Source: Dimorphilus gyrociliatus
Taxonomy: Eukaryota; Animalia; Annelida
Assembly (NCBI GenBank): GCA_904063045.1
Contig: CAJFCJ010000024.1
Location: 558,001 to 622,000, forward strand
Length of the DNA stretch: 64,000 nt
Direction: 5' to 3'
Part shown: positions 11,782 through 25,200 of the stretch, piece by piece
Layout: every line of letters begins with the position of its first letter
How positions within the stretch are numbered: the first letter of the stretch is position 1
Position numbers and translations under genes: made by a program
Notes under the pieces: model-generated
Databases searched by the model: none
Seen by the model: only the letters and a program-made list of their open reading frames with translations
Told to the model about the DNA's origin: nothing

Positions 11782-14152
11782 TTATTTCCTCCTTTGCCAA
11801 CATGCTACAATATTCACCAAACACGGATATGGATCTCTTTTCCTGATAAGTTGAGGAGATTTTAGATCATTCCTTTCTGCAATACTTTCTTCGTAGGATC
11901 TTAAAATGTTCTCCAAAATATCTCGTGTCTTCATTTGCTTTAAAAACAGACATAAAACCAATAAGATATATAATTTTATTCTAAAAATATTTTTTGTAAT
12001 AGGAAAGACGAATTTACTTTACATGGAATTTAAAATATAAAAATAACAGTGTAACAAAAGTTCAAAAAACTCTTGAATACAACTTGTGTTTTGAACAAGA
12101 AGAAAATAATAGGAATATCTAATAACATATTTTCATTAATACATATAAAGTATATGTATATATGGAATGAGAGAGAGAGAGAGAGGGAAAAAGAAAAACA
12201 ACTGCTTAATATGGATTGTATAATACATGTAATACATTAGATCCTTTTACAGAGTATTTTTTTCTATAGAAAATAAGCATAGTGTTAAAAAATCTGATTA
12301 AAAAAGGAAAGAGAGTAGGAGGGAAGAAGTCGGAGGCGTAGGGGATATTGTCGATGAAAAAGACACTGACAGTTGCGATGGGAATATAAGCGGGATAACG
12401 TCAATATTATATACGGAACAAGAAATATAGCTTTTTAAAATTGATATCTCCTTACATCTTCAAATCAGTCATTGATTCAGACTATAAAATAATTACTTGA
12501 TAGCATAAGCTTCTTCATCATATAAAATATTATCTTTATCAGAAAAATCAAAAAAAGTCGGTTTTCTAAAGTAAACTTTAGCTTCTTAGAATAGAGTGTC
12601 TTTACAACTAAATATTGAGATGACTTAAGTTTATTACTAAACAAGGAAGGAAAAGAAAGAAAGAACAAGAGGGAGGAAAGAAAGTAAGAACAGTGAGAAT
12701 AGTTTTCTTTGCAAATCATTTCTTCAAGTTGATGAAACCCTATCATTAGCTAATATACAATTCTACACAGTTAGTTTAAAGAAAGGGTAAATTTTCATTC
12801 TATATTTGCCTTTCACACGTGAAATGCTCTTTTCATAAATAATTTTCACTTAACAACAACTATAAGTAAAATAGAAGGATAAGGATAATACTTATATATG
12901 ATAAATAAAGAAAAGGTAGTACACTCTTATGTTACTTAAGAATCAAGTTTACTAAAATAAAGTATAATGTTCCTAAAGTCCGTTTTTTTCATTCAACATA
13001 GAATTTGACCTTTTTCAATTAAAATGAATCATGACAATAAAGATACTTTGCTTCTACTTAAACATTTCAAAACATTTCATGTGAATCATTTTCTATATTA
13101 AATTTAATATATTAATAATGAGTTTTATACTTTTTCTATATATATAAATTTATATATTAGTAATATATGGTATCATTTACTGTTTTTAAAGTAATTATAT
13201 AATATGTAATCTATTAATTATCTTGATTTATAAACAGATTTTTATCTTCATCCCTTTTATCAAACGAATCTGTTTTATATATATGTGCTTGAGACAAACA
13301 CGCCCTCACAAAACCTTTGTTATAACAATAATGAAATTTGCAATGTTATTTGCCCAGGAAAACAATCTATTAAACGTCTAAATCAACATGTATTCCTTTA
13401 TTCATAAAAAATATATAACTTTTTTACTATTAGTTTTAATGTGCGACAAAAAAAATTAACTGGTAACAAAAAAAGGAGAAATAATGTGATATATTCTTGA
13501 AAATTTTTTACACATTTCAGAATTTTTATTGGGTTTTGTATGGTAATGTAATCCGTTTCTGGTTTTCAAGTAAAGTCTATATTCTGTATAAGTCATATAT
13601 GTATAAAGGTGCTTTTTTTTTTACAATATGCAGTATATTATACATTTTATTTAAATGTTTTTTAAGATTTGTATGTATGTAAGTAACTAACTACTCTAGT
13701 AAATTTCTTTAAAACCATTTCAAATCACCCCTTACATTGATAAAGGTTAATTTTCTCTTAGCTATTAATAGCTAAGAGAGAAAACTCTGAAATATTCCAG
13801 AGCTCCAATTTCTAAGTAAAATCTGGACAAAACTGTGAATTGCTTTTATTTGGAAATATTTAAATTTTCAAGATATGGGGAGAAAAGAAAGAGTTAAGAG
13901 AAAATTCAAATGAAAATAGAATGTAAAGAACATCAGACATTAACAACGTAAAGTAAAAATTTAATATTTTATTGAAAGATTTTATTTATCCTGTATTCAA
14001 GTAATAAAATATCTATAACCTAGTTAGAATTTTGTTAAAAATTACTAAAAACTAACCTTTGTTCCACCTATGGGAACTGTAAAAGCAACATTGTAAAGGA
14101 GGCAGAAAGCGATTAGAAACGCTCCAAATCGCATCTTCTCACCGAATGCCAT
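11782..14152 (-). CDS. AstC: Allatostatin-C (somatostatin-related) neuropeptide precursor, 2 coding exons, 83 aa
   Basis: Exon 14152-14057 encodes MAFGEKMRFGAFLIAFCLLYNVAFTVPIGGTK (signal peptide, donor AAG|GTTAGT). Exon 11937-11782 (acceptor TTTAAAG|) encodes QMKTRDILENILRSYEESIAERNDLKSPQLIRKR-DPYPCLVNIVACWQ-RRK*. The C-x6-C-aromatic peptide between basic cleavage sites is the AstC signature. A further small middle exon cannot be excluded. Confidence 0.85.
13754..13779. repeat. Perfect 26-bp palindrome
   Basis: TCTCTTAGCTATT|AATAGCTAAGAGA inside the AstC intron. Confidence 0.9.
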
Positions 14153-14973
14153 GCAGATTATGGTTAATTTCAGAGCATAAAATTAGCTCAAGCTATTTTT
14201 ATTTATAACTTGCTGATGCTGTTTTTAGACTAAAATATTTATATAATATAGTACACATCTTAAATATTACATATAATTTTCTATGAAAAAAGAAAAATAT
14301 AATAATTTTAACAACCATACAAATAATTTTTTTACATATACAACCATTAATTCATTAGGAATAAGAGAGCTAGACTTTTGTATATCTTCTGATGAGAAAA
14401 ACTATTTGTTTACGTTTTTTTCTCACTGTTATTAAAATTATAAATATTTATCTTGTTAATAATATAATAGTATATTCAATATAGATTTCATAAAAATGAA
14501 TATTATTAAAATGGAAATTATGTATAAAATATTAATCGACATTTAAATTTGTTGTATTTCCTGAATGCTTTTACGTGCTATATCTATAATTTTGTGTTCA
14601 TCGTCTGTAAGGTTTACCTATTTATCGCTTGATTAAAGTTATCATTTTCTTTGTTTCCATAGATTCGTGAGTAAAGCTTTTAAGTATATTCTAAATCTTG
14701 ATAAATAATTAAGTTTACTGATGAAAATGTGTTTTGAGACTAGTCTATATATTACAGAACCTATTAAAGCTTCAGCTCTATCGGAAGATATTTTCCCTTT
14801 GACCCCTTTTACATATTATTTACTAGGTTGATCTATCTTTCTACCTCGAAGTATAGTCGTTGAAGAAATCTTAAAATAATCATACTAATTATAGTCATGA
14901 TTGTAGAAGGTAAAGTTAATCTGTATATCTATCTCTCCTTTCATAAAAAGTGTCGTATTTGTGTTGAAAGTAG

Positions 14974-15160
14974 GAATTTGAAGATCAATTGAATATTGGA
15001 AGTCCATTTAGAGTTGTCTATGGTCTATATGGTGTGGGCAGGGCGAATACTCTTTAACAATACATTAAAAGAAATAACAGCAAAGTTGATTATGACTTTG
15101 AGGAAAAAAGTTACTCTCTAAGGTCATAACTATCGGAAATTGCAGAATTTAGCAACGTTT
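14974..15160 (+). pseudogene. Possible decayed NB-ARC/STAND P-loop NTPase fragment
   Basis: Reading through stops gives EFEDQLNIGSPFRVVYGLYGVGRANTL*QYIKRNNSKVDYDFEEKSYSLRS*LSEIAEF. This resembles a Walker A region (VVxGLxGVGKT.L..Y) and the downstream SL..S..EIA segment of NB-ARC proteins. Short and AT-rich. Confidence 0.35.
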
Positions 15161-15392
15161 GAGACGCTCTAGCAATTAATATTGACGTATTACTTAAAAC
15201 AGTTCTAAAAGATAGGAGTCAAATTATAAAAAATTTACTCTAAAATCAGAAAGAGATAAGAGATAAAATGGAAATTGTTAGCAAAATAATTAGCCAAGCA
15301 AAAGTATTTTATTTAAAATCATTATCCTTCATCTTACTATATATAGTACATCGTGTTACTGTATAAATTTATACAGTTTATATATAAATAAA

Positions 15393-15395
<3 letters not shown>

Positions 15396-15428
<33 letters not shown>

Positions 15429-15475
15429 TGTATATATATATAAATTTATATATATATACTTTATATATATATATA
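15396..15475. repeat. (TA)n microsatellite, interrupted
   Basis: Long TA run interrupted by CTG at about 15428. Confidence 0.95.
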
Positions 15476-16115
15476 CATCAATTTTAACACTTAATGCAAC
15501 TGGCTTAAATCAAAATTCAAAAAAAAGTTAACATCTACAAACTATACTATTTCTAGAACTTTATAGCTAATCTTTCAATGTTATAAGTTTTTAAATACTA
15601 AGTGATTCAGCATGGTTATATACAGTGTTTAGCCTTCTTCCACCTTTCTAAGTAGCATACCCATTCTTTTCGTCAAATTTCATGTTTCTTGCAAAGAAAC
15701 TGAAACAGAAAATAAATAAAATGTATTAAAATCTTCATCTAGGTCTTTTAGACACTTTCTATCATAAACCTCTTTATTTCATCTTATACAGTATATACTT
15801 CAGTTTCAGACTTTTACTATATATTGGTTAAAATTTTCCAAAGTTTATATTTATTTAAGTTTCTTTCTTTCTCTGTTACTAAATGACAAATTGAAAGTGA
15901 AAAAAAGACAAGAAAATCTATATAAATGTAATGAAGTTTTTCTTTAATTACAAATACAGGCGACTTTCTATTTGGTGAATATACTGTATCTCTTCTTCAT
16001 TTGTAGCTTACTTCTATTTTCAATAATACTAAAATTCTTTTGTACTCCAAGGAGTCGGTTTTTATGTTAACTCTATTAGTCTAATACGCCCAATAGAAAA
16101 TGATTCTGTGAATAG

Positions 16116-16129
16116 AACCCAGGGGGCGT
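16116..16129 (+). promoter_or_regulatory. CTCF-like motif
   Basis: AACCCAGGGGGCGT. Confidence 0.4.
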
Positions 16130-16284
16130 TGTTTCGTTAGCGACATCTGTCGTGTAAAAAGGTAAATTAACCTAGGGCATGCAAGATGGCTCTGTTGTAT
16201 CGCGGCTGGTGTCCACATGAAATAGACATGGCGTTTGAGAAACAACCTCTGTACCATTTACCCTTAATAATTCATATTTTGATA

Positions 16285-16324
16285 GGATTTCTCATTATAC
16301 CTCCTGTTATGCCAATTAAAACTG
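16285..16324 (+). CDS. Candidate upstream exon of the CUB-LDLa gene (5' end unresolved)
   Basis: TTTGATAG| acceptor and perfect CTG|GTAAGT donor. The phase-1 reading (G)FLIIPPVMPIKT joins in frame to the exon at 19265. The initiator ATG exon was not identified. Confidence 0.35.
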
Positions 16325-17240
16325 GTAAGTAAAATCTTCTACAAAAAGTCCAAGTCTACTTATTAATAAGTTTTAATATCTTTGCACCTACTGTAATTAA
16401 TCACACCGATTTTTTTTTCATACGGTTTTAAACGTTGTCGTTTCATCTGATTTTTAATGATTAACGATACAATTTTCGAATGATTTTACAGTTGTTCATA
16501 TCAATCAAAATTTACAGGGCCCTTATTTGTTTCTTTTTCTTCTTATTCTCTAATTTTTTACGTAAAGTATAGAGAAACTTTTCTCGACTACGTCTTCTTT
16601 ACATTCCTATTTTCTGTTTTGATGTCATTGGTATTGAAGTTTTCCATTTTCTTTCTTTCTATGTATACCTTTCTCTCTTTATTGCTAACAAACAAGCAGA
16701 CAGTCAAAAAAGAGATAACATAGATTGAGTCTGAAAATAAATATTTAAGAGGAAAAGAGTGATAAACATAAAGTAAGGAAAATGGGATTAGTCAATTTTA
16801 TAATAGCTCAGTGTTAATTGTGATACTGGTTTAATGAAAAAAAAAGTATATAAGGGATACGTTTGATACGATTGGGTATGTGTCGTTTTTATACTATCTT
16901 CCATCTCTCTCTCTGTCTGATTGTACTTTTCTCTTTTGTCATTTAATAGTACTAATTAAAAGTCTTTATCTATAAAAATAACTAACCAAAATTCATGGTT
17001 TTAATAAACACCTATGCAGTAGAAATGATAAACATATAAATAGGTTAAATTCACTAAACATATGGTGGTGTTAAGTCTCTTAAATTTCTAATGAAGTTCA
17101 AAGGGCCTAACAGTCTTTATAAAGTGTACACTTGTCCAAAATATATAAGCCTACAATTTCTCACAAGAGCAGATGTGTTATTCAATGGAAAAATTTTCGC
17201 CGGGGAAAGTGCTTTCCTGTTTTCGTGTTGAGAGGCAACC

Positions 17241-17263
17241 GAGAGAGAGAGAGAGAGAGAGAG
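17241..17263. repeat. (GA)n microsatellite
   Basis: Direct reading; similar GA/CT tracts near 12170, 52420, 54315, 56565, 60790 and 61320. Confidence 0.95.
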
Positions 17264-17708
17264 AAAGATTCTTTAACACTTCTAATTCTTTCTTTTAACA
17301 CATGCTATACATATATAAATATAGATAGGCTTAAAGCTAATTTAACACCTTTACCAAGAATTAAAAGATTTTGGGGGTAGTTAGAAGCATAAAACGCTTA
17401 ATTTACGAAATTTTCCGGCTAAAAGAGCATCTTATATATATATATATTTATATAAAATGTCATCGTAAGAAACCAAGAAAAATAAATTTTTAACGTTTTT
17501 ATTATGTTGTTACGTAATATCATTCCCTTCTTTGTTCAATATTTTAAGGAATCTTTTTACCATTTCTCAGAAGCTTAGTCTCTGATAGACGAAAAATACA
17601 GTTGACATTTAATTAATTAATAGAGAATACGTACCTGTCGACTAAATCTGGGAAAACATTCATTTTAATCAGACACACCGTTTTTATTAACATAAAACCT
17701 TATATATT

Positions 17709-17710
<2 letters not shown>

Positions 17711-17740
<30 letters not shown>
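17711..17740. repeat. (TA)n microsatellite
   Basis: Direct reading. Confidence 0.95.
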
Positions 17741-17744
<4 letters not shown>

Positions 17745-19264
17745 ATATTGAAAGAAAGAGAGCACTATAACTCAATAAAATATCTAGTGTAAAGATGATA
17801 GAAGAAGAGAAAGTAAGAAAGAAAAAAGAGAAAAATTTTATATGCCAAGTTATATATTTTTATTTGGATAGAAAGTTTTTGGCATGTTTTCTTTTCACAC
17901 TGTTCAACTTGCAACTTTACGTAAGGAAAAAGTAAACCCATCTGTCACTATGTATGTAAGAGTTAGTGTATATAAATCAACGCACTTCTTTTTATACAAA
18001 CCATTTTATTTTAACCTTAACAAAAATGTTTGATAATATTTTCCTTTACCATTTAGCTTCTTCTGCTTCTTTTTCTTTTTAAATCTCTCTTGTTTGAAGT
18101 TAATCCAAGTTATACTTAGTAGTTCTTTATTGACTATATTCAATGGTTTCTGAGAAAATTGTCTCGATTGGAAATTATTCTTATTGTTATTAGAATAAAG
18201 AAATATATGAAACTTGAAAAAAGAGAATGTAGAATGTTTGAGAGCTTTTAGCAATATGTTTATAAACTAGAAAATTTTTTCTGTATATATTATACAATAT
18301 GGGTAAAAACATGGTAAATCCATCCGAGGTCAAGTCTTGTTTACAAAATAAACTTTGCATAGGTTTAAACTTTTACCTCTTTGTCTTTTTAGCACAAGTT
18401 TCCTCTTACCACGGAATATTTCGTATACACTTGATACTTCTCTTTTTTAAATTTGTTATCTTATGCAATTGAAGCAAAAACTATCAAATTGTCTTATTGA
18501 TTAAGATTTGAATATTCAAACACAAAATATTAATTTTTATTGAGTAGATTACAAATGTTATAAACAATGTGCAAAGCTCTTTAATTAGGTTCTATATTAT
18601 ATAATTCCCGGATCGAGCTCAAAGTACAAATGTATTGTTATAGAAAATTGTACAAAAGAGAAAAAATGTTAGAGAAAAGCTTTAATGATTACAAAATGCT
18701 ACAATATGGAAATCCTGTCATTCTTTGATATTAATTTCCAATGGTCTCTAATTATAACAGACATATTGAACTTATGCTTAAAAGTCAATACATTGAGAGG
18801 TTACCCGGCTTCTAAATCCCCTTTTCCCCTTTTCTAACTCCCTTTTCATTTTCTGCCTCTTTTCTCCCCTCCCCTTCTTGGTAGATGAATCAATATTTGA
18901 GTTCGTGAGCAGTTCATGATTATGTACTCTCTTAAGCTCATACTTGTGCGCGCAATGACTGTACACCGTATCCCTTATTCCTGTTAATCCTACCTTATAA
19001 AAGGGTGAACTCCTCTAAGAGTTTTCTTTTGCAAAATACAGTAATTACCTTCTTAATATAAGATAAGGAAAACGTTTCTAAAAAAAAGTTCCCGTTTACT
19101 GAAAATCACATATTGTATAGTGTATTCCACATTCTATCTGAAAATCCATACAATTCTATATAATTGTATACACAAACCGTCTCTATTTGTAGTCTAATAA
19201 TAATGGTTATAATGATAACGGTCAATTTATTCATTAATAATCATTTAATTTATACTTTTAACAG

Positions 19265-22200
19265 TTCTGGTAGAAGAGCATGGTAAATGTGTAGAGGATA
19301 AAGCAACATACAAGATAAATGGTGCGGTGATTCTATCTCAAGCAGGACGCTTCTACTCAAAAGGAGTAGATTGTCAAGTGACACTAGAAGCCGAAAGCCA
19401 TGAAAGGATCATGCTTCGTTTCGAAAAATTTGATCTTCCAAATACACATTTGACAACTTGTTTCGACGCCATTTATATGTTTGATGGTAAAACTGTTTTC
19501 AAGAATCCTATAGTAAGTGCAAACAGAAGTTTAATTATATAATAGATAAGGCGTTTGAGAGGATGAATACTTAACGATGTTTATCTTAGACCCAACGATT
19601 AAACTAATACTGTATTCGCTAACATTAATTTTATAATATATTGGTAAACTTAGACAAAATCTATAAGGATTCTTAAACGAATCAGGAACGATTAGAGAAA
19701 TAATACCGCGTCTGGATAGATACAAATAGAGAAAATGGACGCTGTAAAATTTTTATAGATATAAAGTTTTGGGTGGAATCCTTTTGGGAGTACCTCCCTT
19801 AATAAGCGCTACTTGTAATAAGCTATTCGAATTACTCGTTTCCTGGGAATTGGTTAGTTCATGTTTCAATTTTGTCGCGAATATTGTATAATTTGCGGGT
19901 AAGAGGGATATGCATTGTCAAACTAAATCAAAGGGGTTGAAAGTAATAGGGCATTGTGGGACGAAGAAGTTGGAATAGGCGTCTGGACATGGCCCTCTTA
20001 CGAAAAAACGCAGATATCCCAAGAATCAATAAGGGAAACGGTTGTGGAATGCAATCCGAGTTCCAACATTCCAAAAATGGATTACAATATACGGACTTTG
20101 TCTGGCGTCGAGCTCGAGTGCTCTTGGAGATGTCTTTGATGTAGGGACAGCAGCCATTTTATCCAGTCGTCTTTGTAATTAGAGTAATTTTTCCTAACGA
20201 TTTATCAAGGCTATTGTCTTTATATAGTTAGCTGTTTTTATCGACTGCTGGCTAGTCCGAATCTGTATTATTATTACTACAACGTTCGTTTGATGGAATA
20301 TTTAGATGAGGAGACATTTTTGTTAATATTTATGAATGCGGCGCCGTATAGGCTAAAAGTGGATTTCGTGTCTATGCATTAAAAATAGCCTTTAATAAAG
20401 AAAACTAGAAATATTTTACTTAAATTCTCTTTAGAACTTTTTAAAGTATTTAGTTGAACACTCTTGAACGCTTTCAACCATTTTTTATTTCCCCAAATAC
20501 GTCACGTCAATCTTTCATTTGTACAAGCCTTCTTAACGCTTAATACTTGTCAATCTTTTCAACAGCTTATTAAAAAATCCCATAATTTCTTTATTAAACT
20601 TTTTTTCTCTCAAAAGACTAAATGATAAAAAAGAACAAATAATTTTGGTTGATTTAACACCTAAGAGGAAAAAAAAGTCTATTCATTCAATTAGTATTCA
20701 TTTATAAAAGAGGATCAATTTTCAAGTAGCTATTTACCTAAATCGTTGAACTTTTGAACGCTACTCTTGAACATTCAAACACAAATTGTTTCTGTCATAA
20801 TTTTATCAATAGTTTATATATATACAATATATAGAATTTTTTTTATAACGTTGTCATTCAAAGGAATAACGATTGTTAAATTTGGCGCCGAATTGACTAA
20901 ACCCGCTTTTTATAGATGATCGGTTTAAATATAACAAATATAGAATTCTAGCTAGGTGTAACATAAATAAAATGTATCTTCAAGTTTCTAAGATAAAATA
21001 GGAATAACCTTTAAAAAAATGTTGCTTTATCTTAGAAATTTGTTAATTCTATTTCATTTAATGAATTTAATTTATTGTCAAGTTGATTTTATTTATTCTT
21101 TTATTTGCTTCTCTTTTTTATAAATTGAGTGTCAAAAAGGAATAGTGTAGACGGGATATAACTCAATTTATCCCCTTTTTGTCAAACTGAACATGATTGA
21201 TGAATGAAAACCTAACGGACCGTCGCTTTTATTCAACGTAGCCGCTTTTACAGGAAGAAATTTTTTTAACTAATTAATATTCATAGCGTTGGCGCCGATT
21301 AGACGTAATTGCCTCAATAGATTTTTTTAAAAATTGATTTAAAAATAAATCAGAATGAAATATTACCAAATATCTTTTATTTATTATGTGTTTATACAGT
21401 TTTTGCCTATAATTTTTCATAATTTTCCTTTTTCAGAAAAAAATGGGTGGTATGTCTGGAAAATGCGGAACGCAGCTGCCAGAATCTGTGCATAGCACGG
21501 GTCGATTCGTGACCTTGTACTTCAGGTAAGGTCAGAGTGCAAACATTTGCATACGCACTTCATTTGCTGTTCTACGTTGCGCAACTGGACCGTATATGTC
21601 AGCAGTTGTTGCTGATCGATAACATACGGAATAAGGAAATACTATAGGCCTACTGCAAACACTTTTCGTAAACAAACAACCGCACAAACTTGGTGGTAGA
21701 CGCCCCAGCGTTTTATACACTGTAAACAGGAACATCTGCCGACAGCTATGCAATATACTGCATTATTCAGAGTTATTTGGCGCCAGTTAGACCAATGGAG
21801 AACAAAATGCTTCAGTTATTTAATATATGAATAGATATATTATTATGTACATTTAAAGTGTTTGTTATACTGTATATTAGATATATACACAACATCAAAA
21901 TATTGTCTATGCTTTTACTAAATAGTAGTATTTCTATTGCTGTGAGCTAGCACGTATGTAAGGGTTGGCAAGCTAATTTACGAGTCAAGTTTAGAAATAT
22001 CTATAAAAATTTTCTATAAACCGCAATGTGTACGCGAAAGCGTAAAGGCACCCATTGATTAAAAGCAGGTACATAAGGAAATGAGTAAGAGTAAAGAAAA
22101 AAAATGAAAGAAAGAGAATGAAGTAGAAAAGAAATGATAGAAATAAAAGGGAGGAAAAAAGTAGGCAAATGGGGAAAATATCTGGTGATAGCCATATTTA

Positions 22201-25200
22201 TTTTTATTTTGTTACTTACTTTCCCTTTTTAATGCATTCCCCTTTCGCTCCCCATTCGCCCTCTATTTCTACGTCTGTCCCTCTCAGTTCGTCCCCTACC
22301 TCCCTTAACCCTTGTCGTCCTTTTGCGCAACTATAGTTGGAATTTTAAGTATGGCCTTCTCTAATTCCTTCACGATGTTGTACAATTCTACAAGAAAAAG
22401 GAAAAGGAAAAAATTTTAAGCTAAACAAATATATACTTATCAATAAAAGGCTTATAGCCTCACGTAGTTCAAAGTATTTATTATAATAAACACCCAGTTA
22501 AAAGTTGGCCCTTGGCTTTTTTCGGGTCTGCAATTACATCCTTAAAATACCCCTGAAAATCCCCATTTTTCCCTCTACTTAACAAAACGGCTCCTTTATT
22601 TGCTACCGCTGATAGGTTTTAGATCCGGGTCGAAAACTGCTGTATAATTAACAAGTTTCTCATTTAGTTTATCGTATCCTTAATTGCTTTTTAGAACGAA
22701 TAGCCTTAGTAGAAATAGGGGCGCTAAATTCCTGCAAAGTTACGCCCATCAACGATAGAAAGTTTGCTACCCTGGCAAAAAAAAAATGATTACGCGCGTT
22801 CCTTTTACAACAGTATAAAAATTATTCAAAGGGAGAAATCTATAAATCTTATATCCAAAAGTATACCTCCTTTTCCCGCTCTATACCTTATTCTCATTGG
22901 AATATAGTTAAGCGTTACACTGTCAGACTAAGAATTATATATATTAAGGCATCTCCCAAACGACATTTTCTCATAAGCGTTTTTTTTTGTTTATTGAGAG
23001 AGCCTTACGTAATCGATCGTTGAAAAACAAACATATTCCATTCCATACCCTCTTACTCTCTACTCTGTTTAATGATTTATTTATTTATCTTTTTTCTTTT
23101 ATCCATTTCTGTTTTTCTAGTTAAAGTAGTGTGGTTTTGTCTGCATATTTCGTTACTTTAAACTGTAACGATGCGCTAAACTATTCCTGCAATTCCCCTT
23201 TATTTTTTATCCCTTCCATACTCAACTCTTTCTCTTTCTCTCCCATTCTTTCTGGTATGGAAGCTAGCCTTACGTATAATAAGTAAGAGCTGCCACTGGC
23301 AGTTTTCCGCTCTCTTTATTTCCTTCAGTCTGCATCGACCTAGTGTTAAAAAAACTATCTTTCCTTTAATCCTCCTTTAACCCACTCCGGTTGCCAAATT
23401 TTCAAGGAATAGGTAAATTTAACCGTTCCATTAATTGTTTTCTTTTAGGTCTTTAAGTTGTTATAAAGCTAAGGTGTAAATAGATTTTACTTGTTAAAAA
23501 AATAATTATATTCTGAAAAAGTTTCCTTTCTCCACTATCTGAAAACAAATATTCCCCCAATAGTCACGTGATTCTGAACGAGCAGTATGTGGTTAAAAAT
23601 TTTGATAAATAAAACCTCTCCTTCTGTCCACTTCTCAAATTTATTTATTTTTTAAAATTTTGTAGTTTGAGCTGAGTGGGAGGGACACGTTAGCTGCTCT
23701 TTTTTTTTTTATTCAACTGTGATAATACCGGTTAAGTAGTTTTACTAACATCCTGTCACTTTGCAGTCGCGCCGAAAGCACGCGTGACTCAATTATTGCC
23801 GCCGGCTGCAATTAGATGCCGCTCACACTCGCTGAACACGGGCTACATGCTATGAATTTTAGTGAATTTTCCATGCTTTCATCTTGCCGTCTGCGCTACA
23901 TTCCACATAATGCGACCCGATACAATTTTTTGACCTACTTTCTATTTCTTGACAGAATAACCTTGTCCCCATTTTCACGCTCAACCTGGCCATTTTTGAT
24001 GTAATTTTCTATCAAACGTGTCGCCAAATTGCATGTCTCTTTCCTTTAAGCCAAGCCCTTTTTTTTACATCCTATCTTTTTTTTCTAAATGACATATCGC
24101 AAAATTGTCTAAACCTTGCATGATGATTGTTCTATAAAGCCTAAATCTAAATTTAGACATTTCTAGTACAATTTCTGACTTTTGAAATTATATCAAAGTA
24201 AAATAATAAATATAATTGAAAGTATAAAGAAACTTAATACTTCTAAAATAATTAAGTCGCTCTCACTCTTGAATTCTCTGTCAGATTCGTCTTAAACCTT
24301 ATGAATAATGAATTTTCGATTTAAGTGAAATAACTTTAGTAAAGACGTTTTAGTAGATAAAATTGTAAAAAGAAAAGGAAATGGAAGCGCATTTGAGTAT
24401 CTCAATTATGTACCGAACGGTCTATAGTATTAATTAGTCTGTTCCCTTCTTTCTCGCCCTTTTCCCATTGCACTTCATAGACGGGGATGTACCTGGATAA
24501 TAACTTCACATTTTATAATCATTCTTCTTCTTAGCTTACCGTCATATGTATTTCTTACATGATTGGCCATCAGCACGAACATGAACTTTACATGAACTCT
24601 CACTCATTCTATTACAAGTGTGCACTTTACTAAAATGTAATGAACCATTGATATTTGATTAAATTGAGTAATATTCATTATTAAATTAGCAATTTCGCGG
24701 ATAAAATACATTTTCGTAGCCCATGAATTAAAACCTTTTACTTTCTCCTGGAATTAATAGAATATTGAACTATTTCCGTTTCCTTTCTTTTGCCCGACGT
24801 ATTTCGTGACCACTCACTGTATAATCTTGCCGATGATCTACGTGTCTATTCGACACTCTAAATAGCGGCAGTAACGAGATCTCCCCTGTCCAAAAAAAAA
24901 TTGTATTCCTTTTCAATCTCGTTCCTGTCGTTTCTGTCATCATTAAAAGAGATAAAGAGAAGAGGAGGAAGGAAAAAAATGACTGCTTAAGCGTTTCGAC
25001 GAGCGTCATATATAAAGAAATTAATTAAAAATCTAGTAAATTGACTAGACGTCCCGCACGTTTTTTTCAATAAATTTTCTTATCGGTTTATCTATCTCCA
25101 TTGTAAACGTAAATTGTAAAAGTACTTTCGTTCCAATACATTTGCGTGACATAATTGGACCAACCGGATGAAAATTTCACCAATTATCATTTGGATACTA

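Noticed and set aside
14663-14666. Possible 4-nt microexon (TTTCCATAG|ATTC|GTGAGT)
   Set aside because: Good splice-site look, but I could not place it in any gene model; needs RNA data.
19954-20144. Two overlapping plus-strand ORFs in a CUB-gene intron
   Set aside because: No phase-compatible splice sites and no domain similarity; the CUB domain is complete without them.
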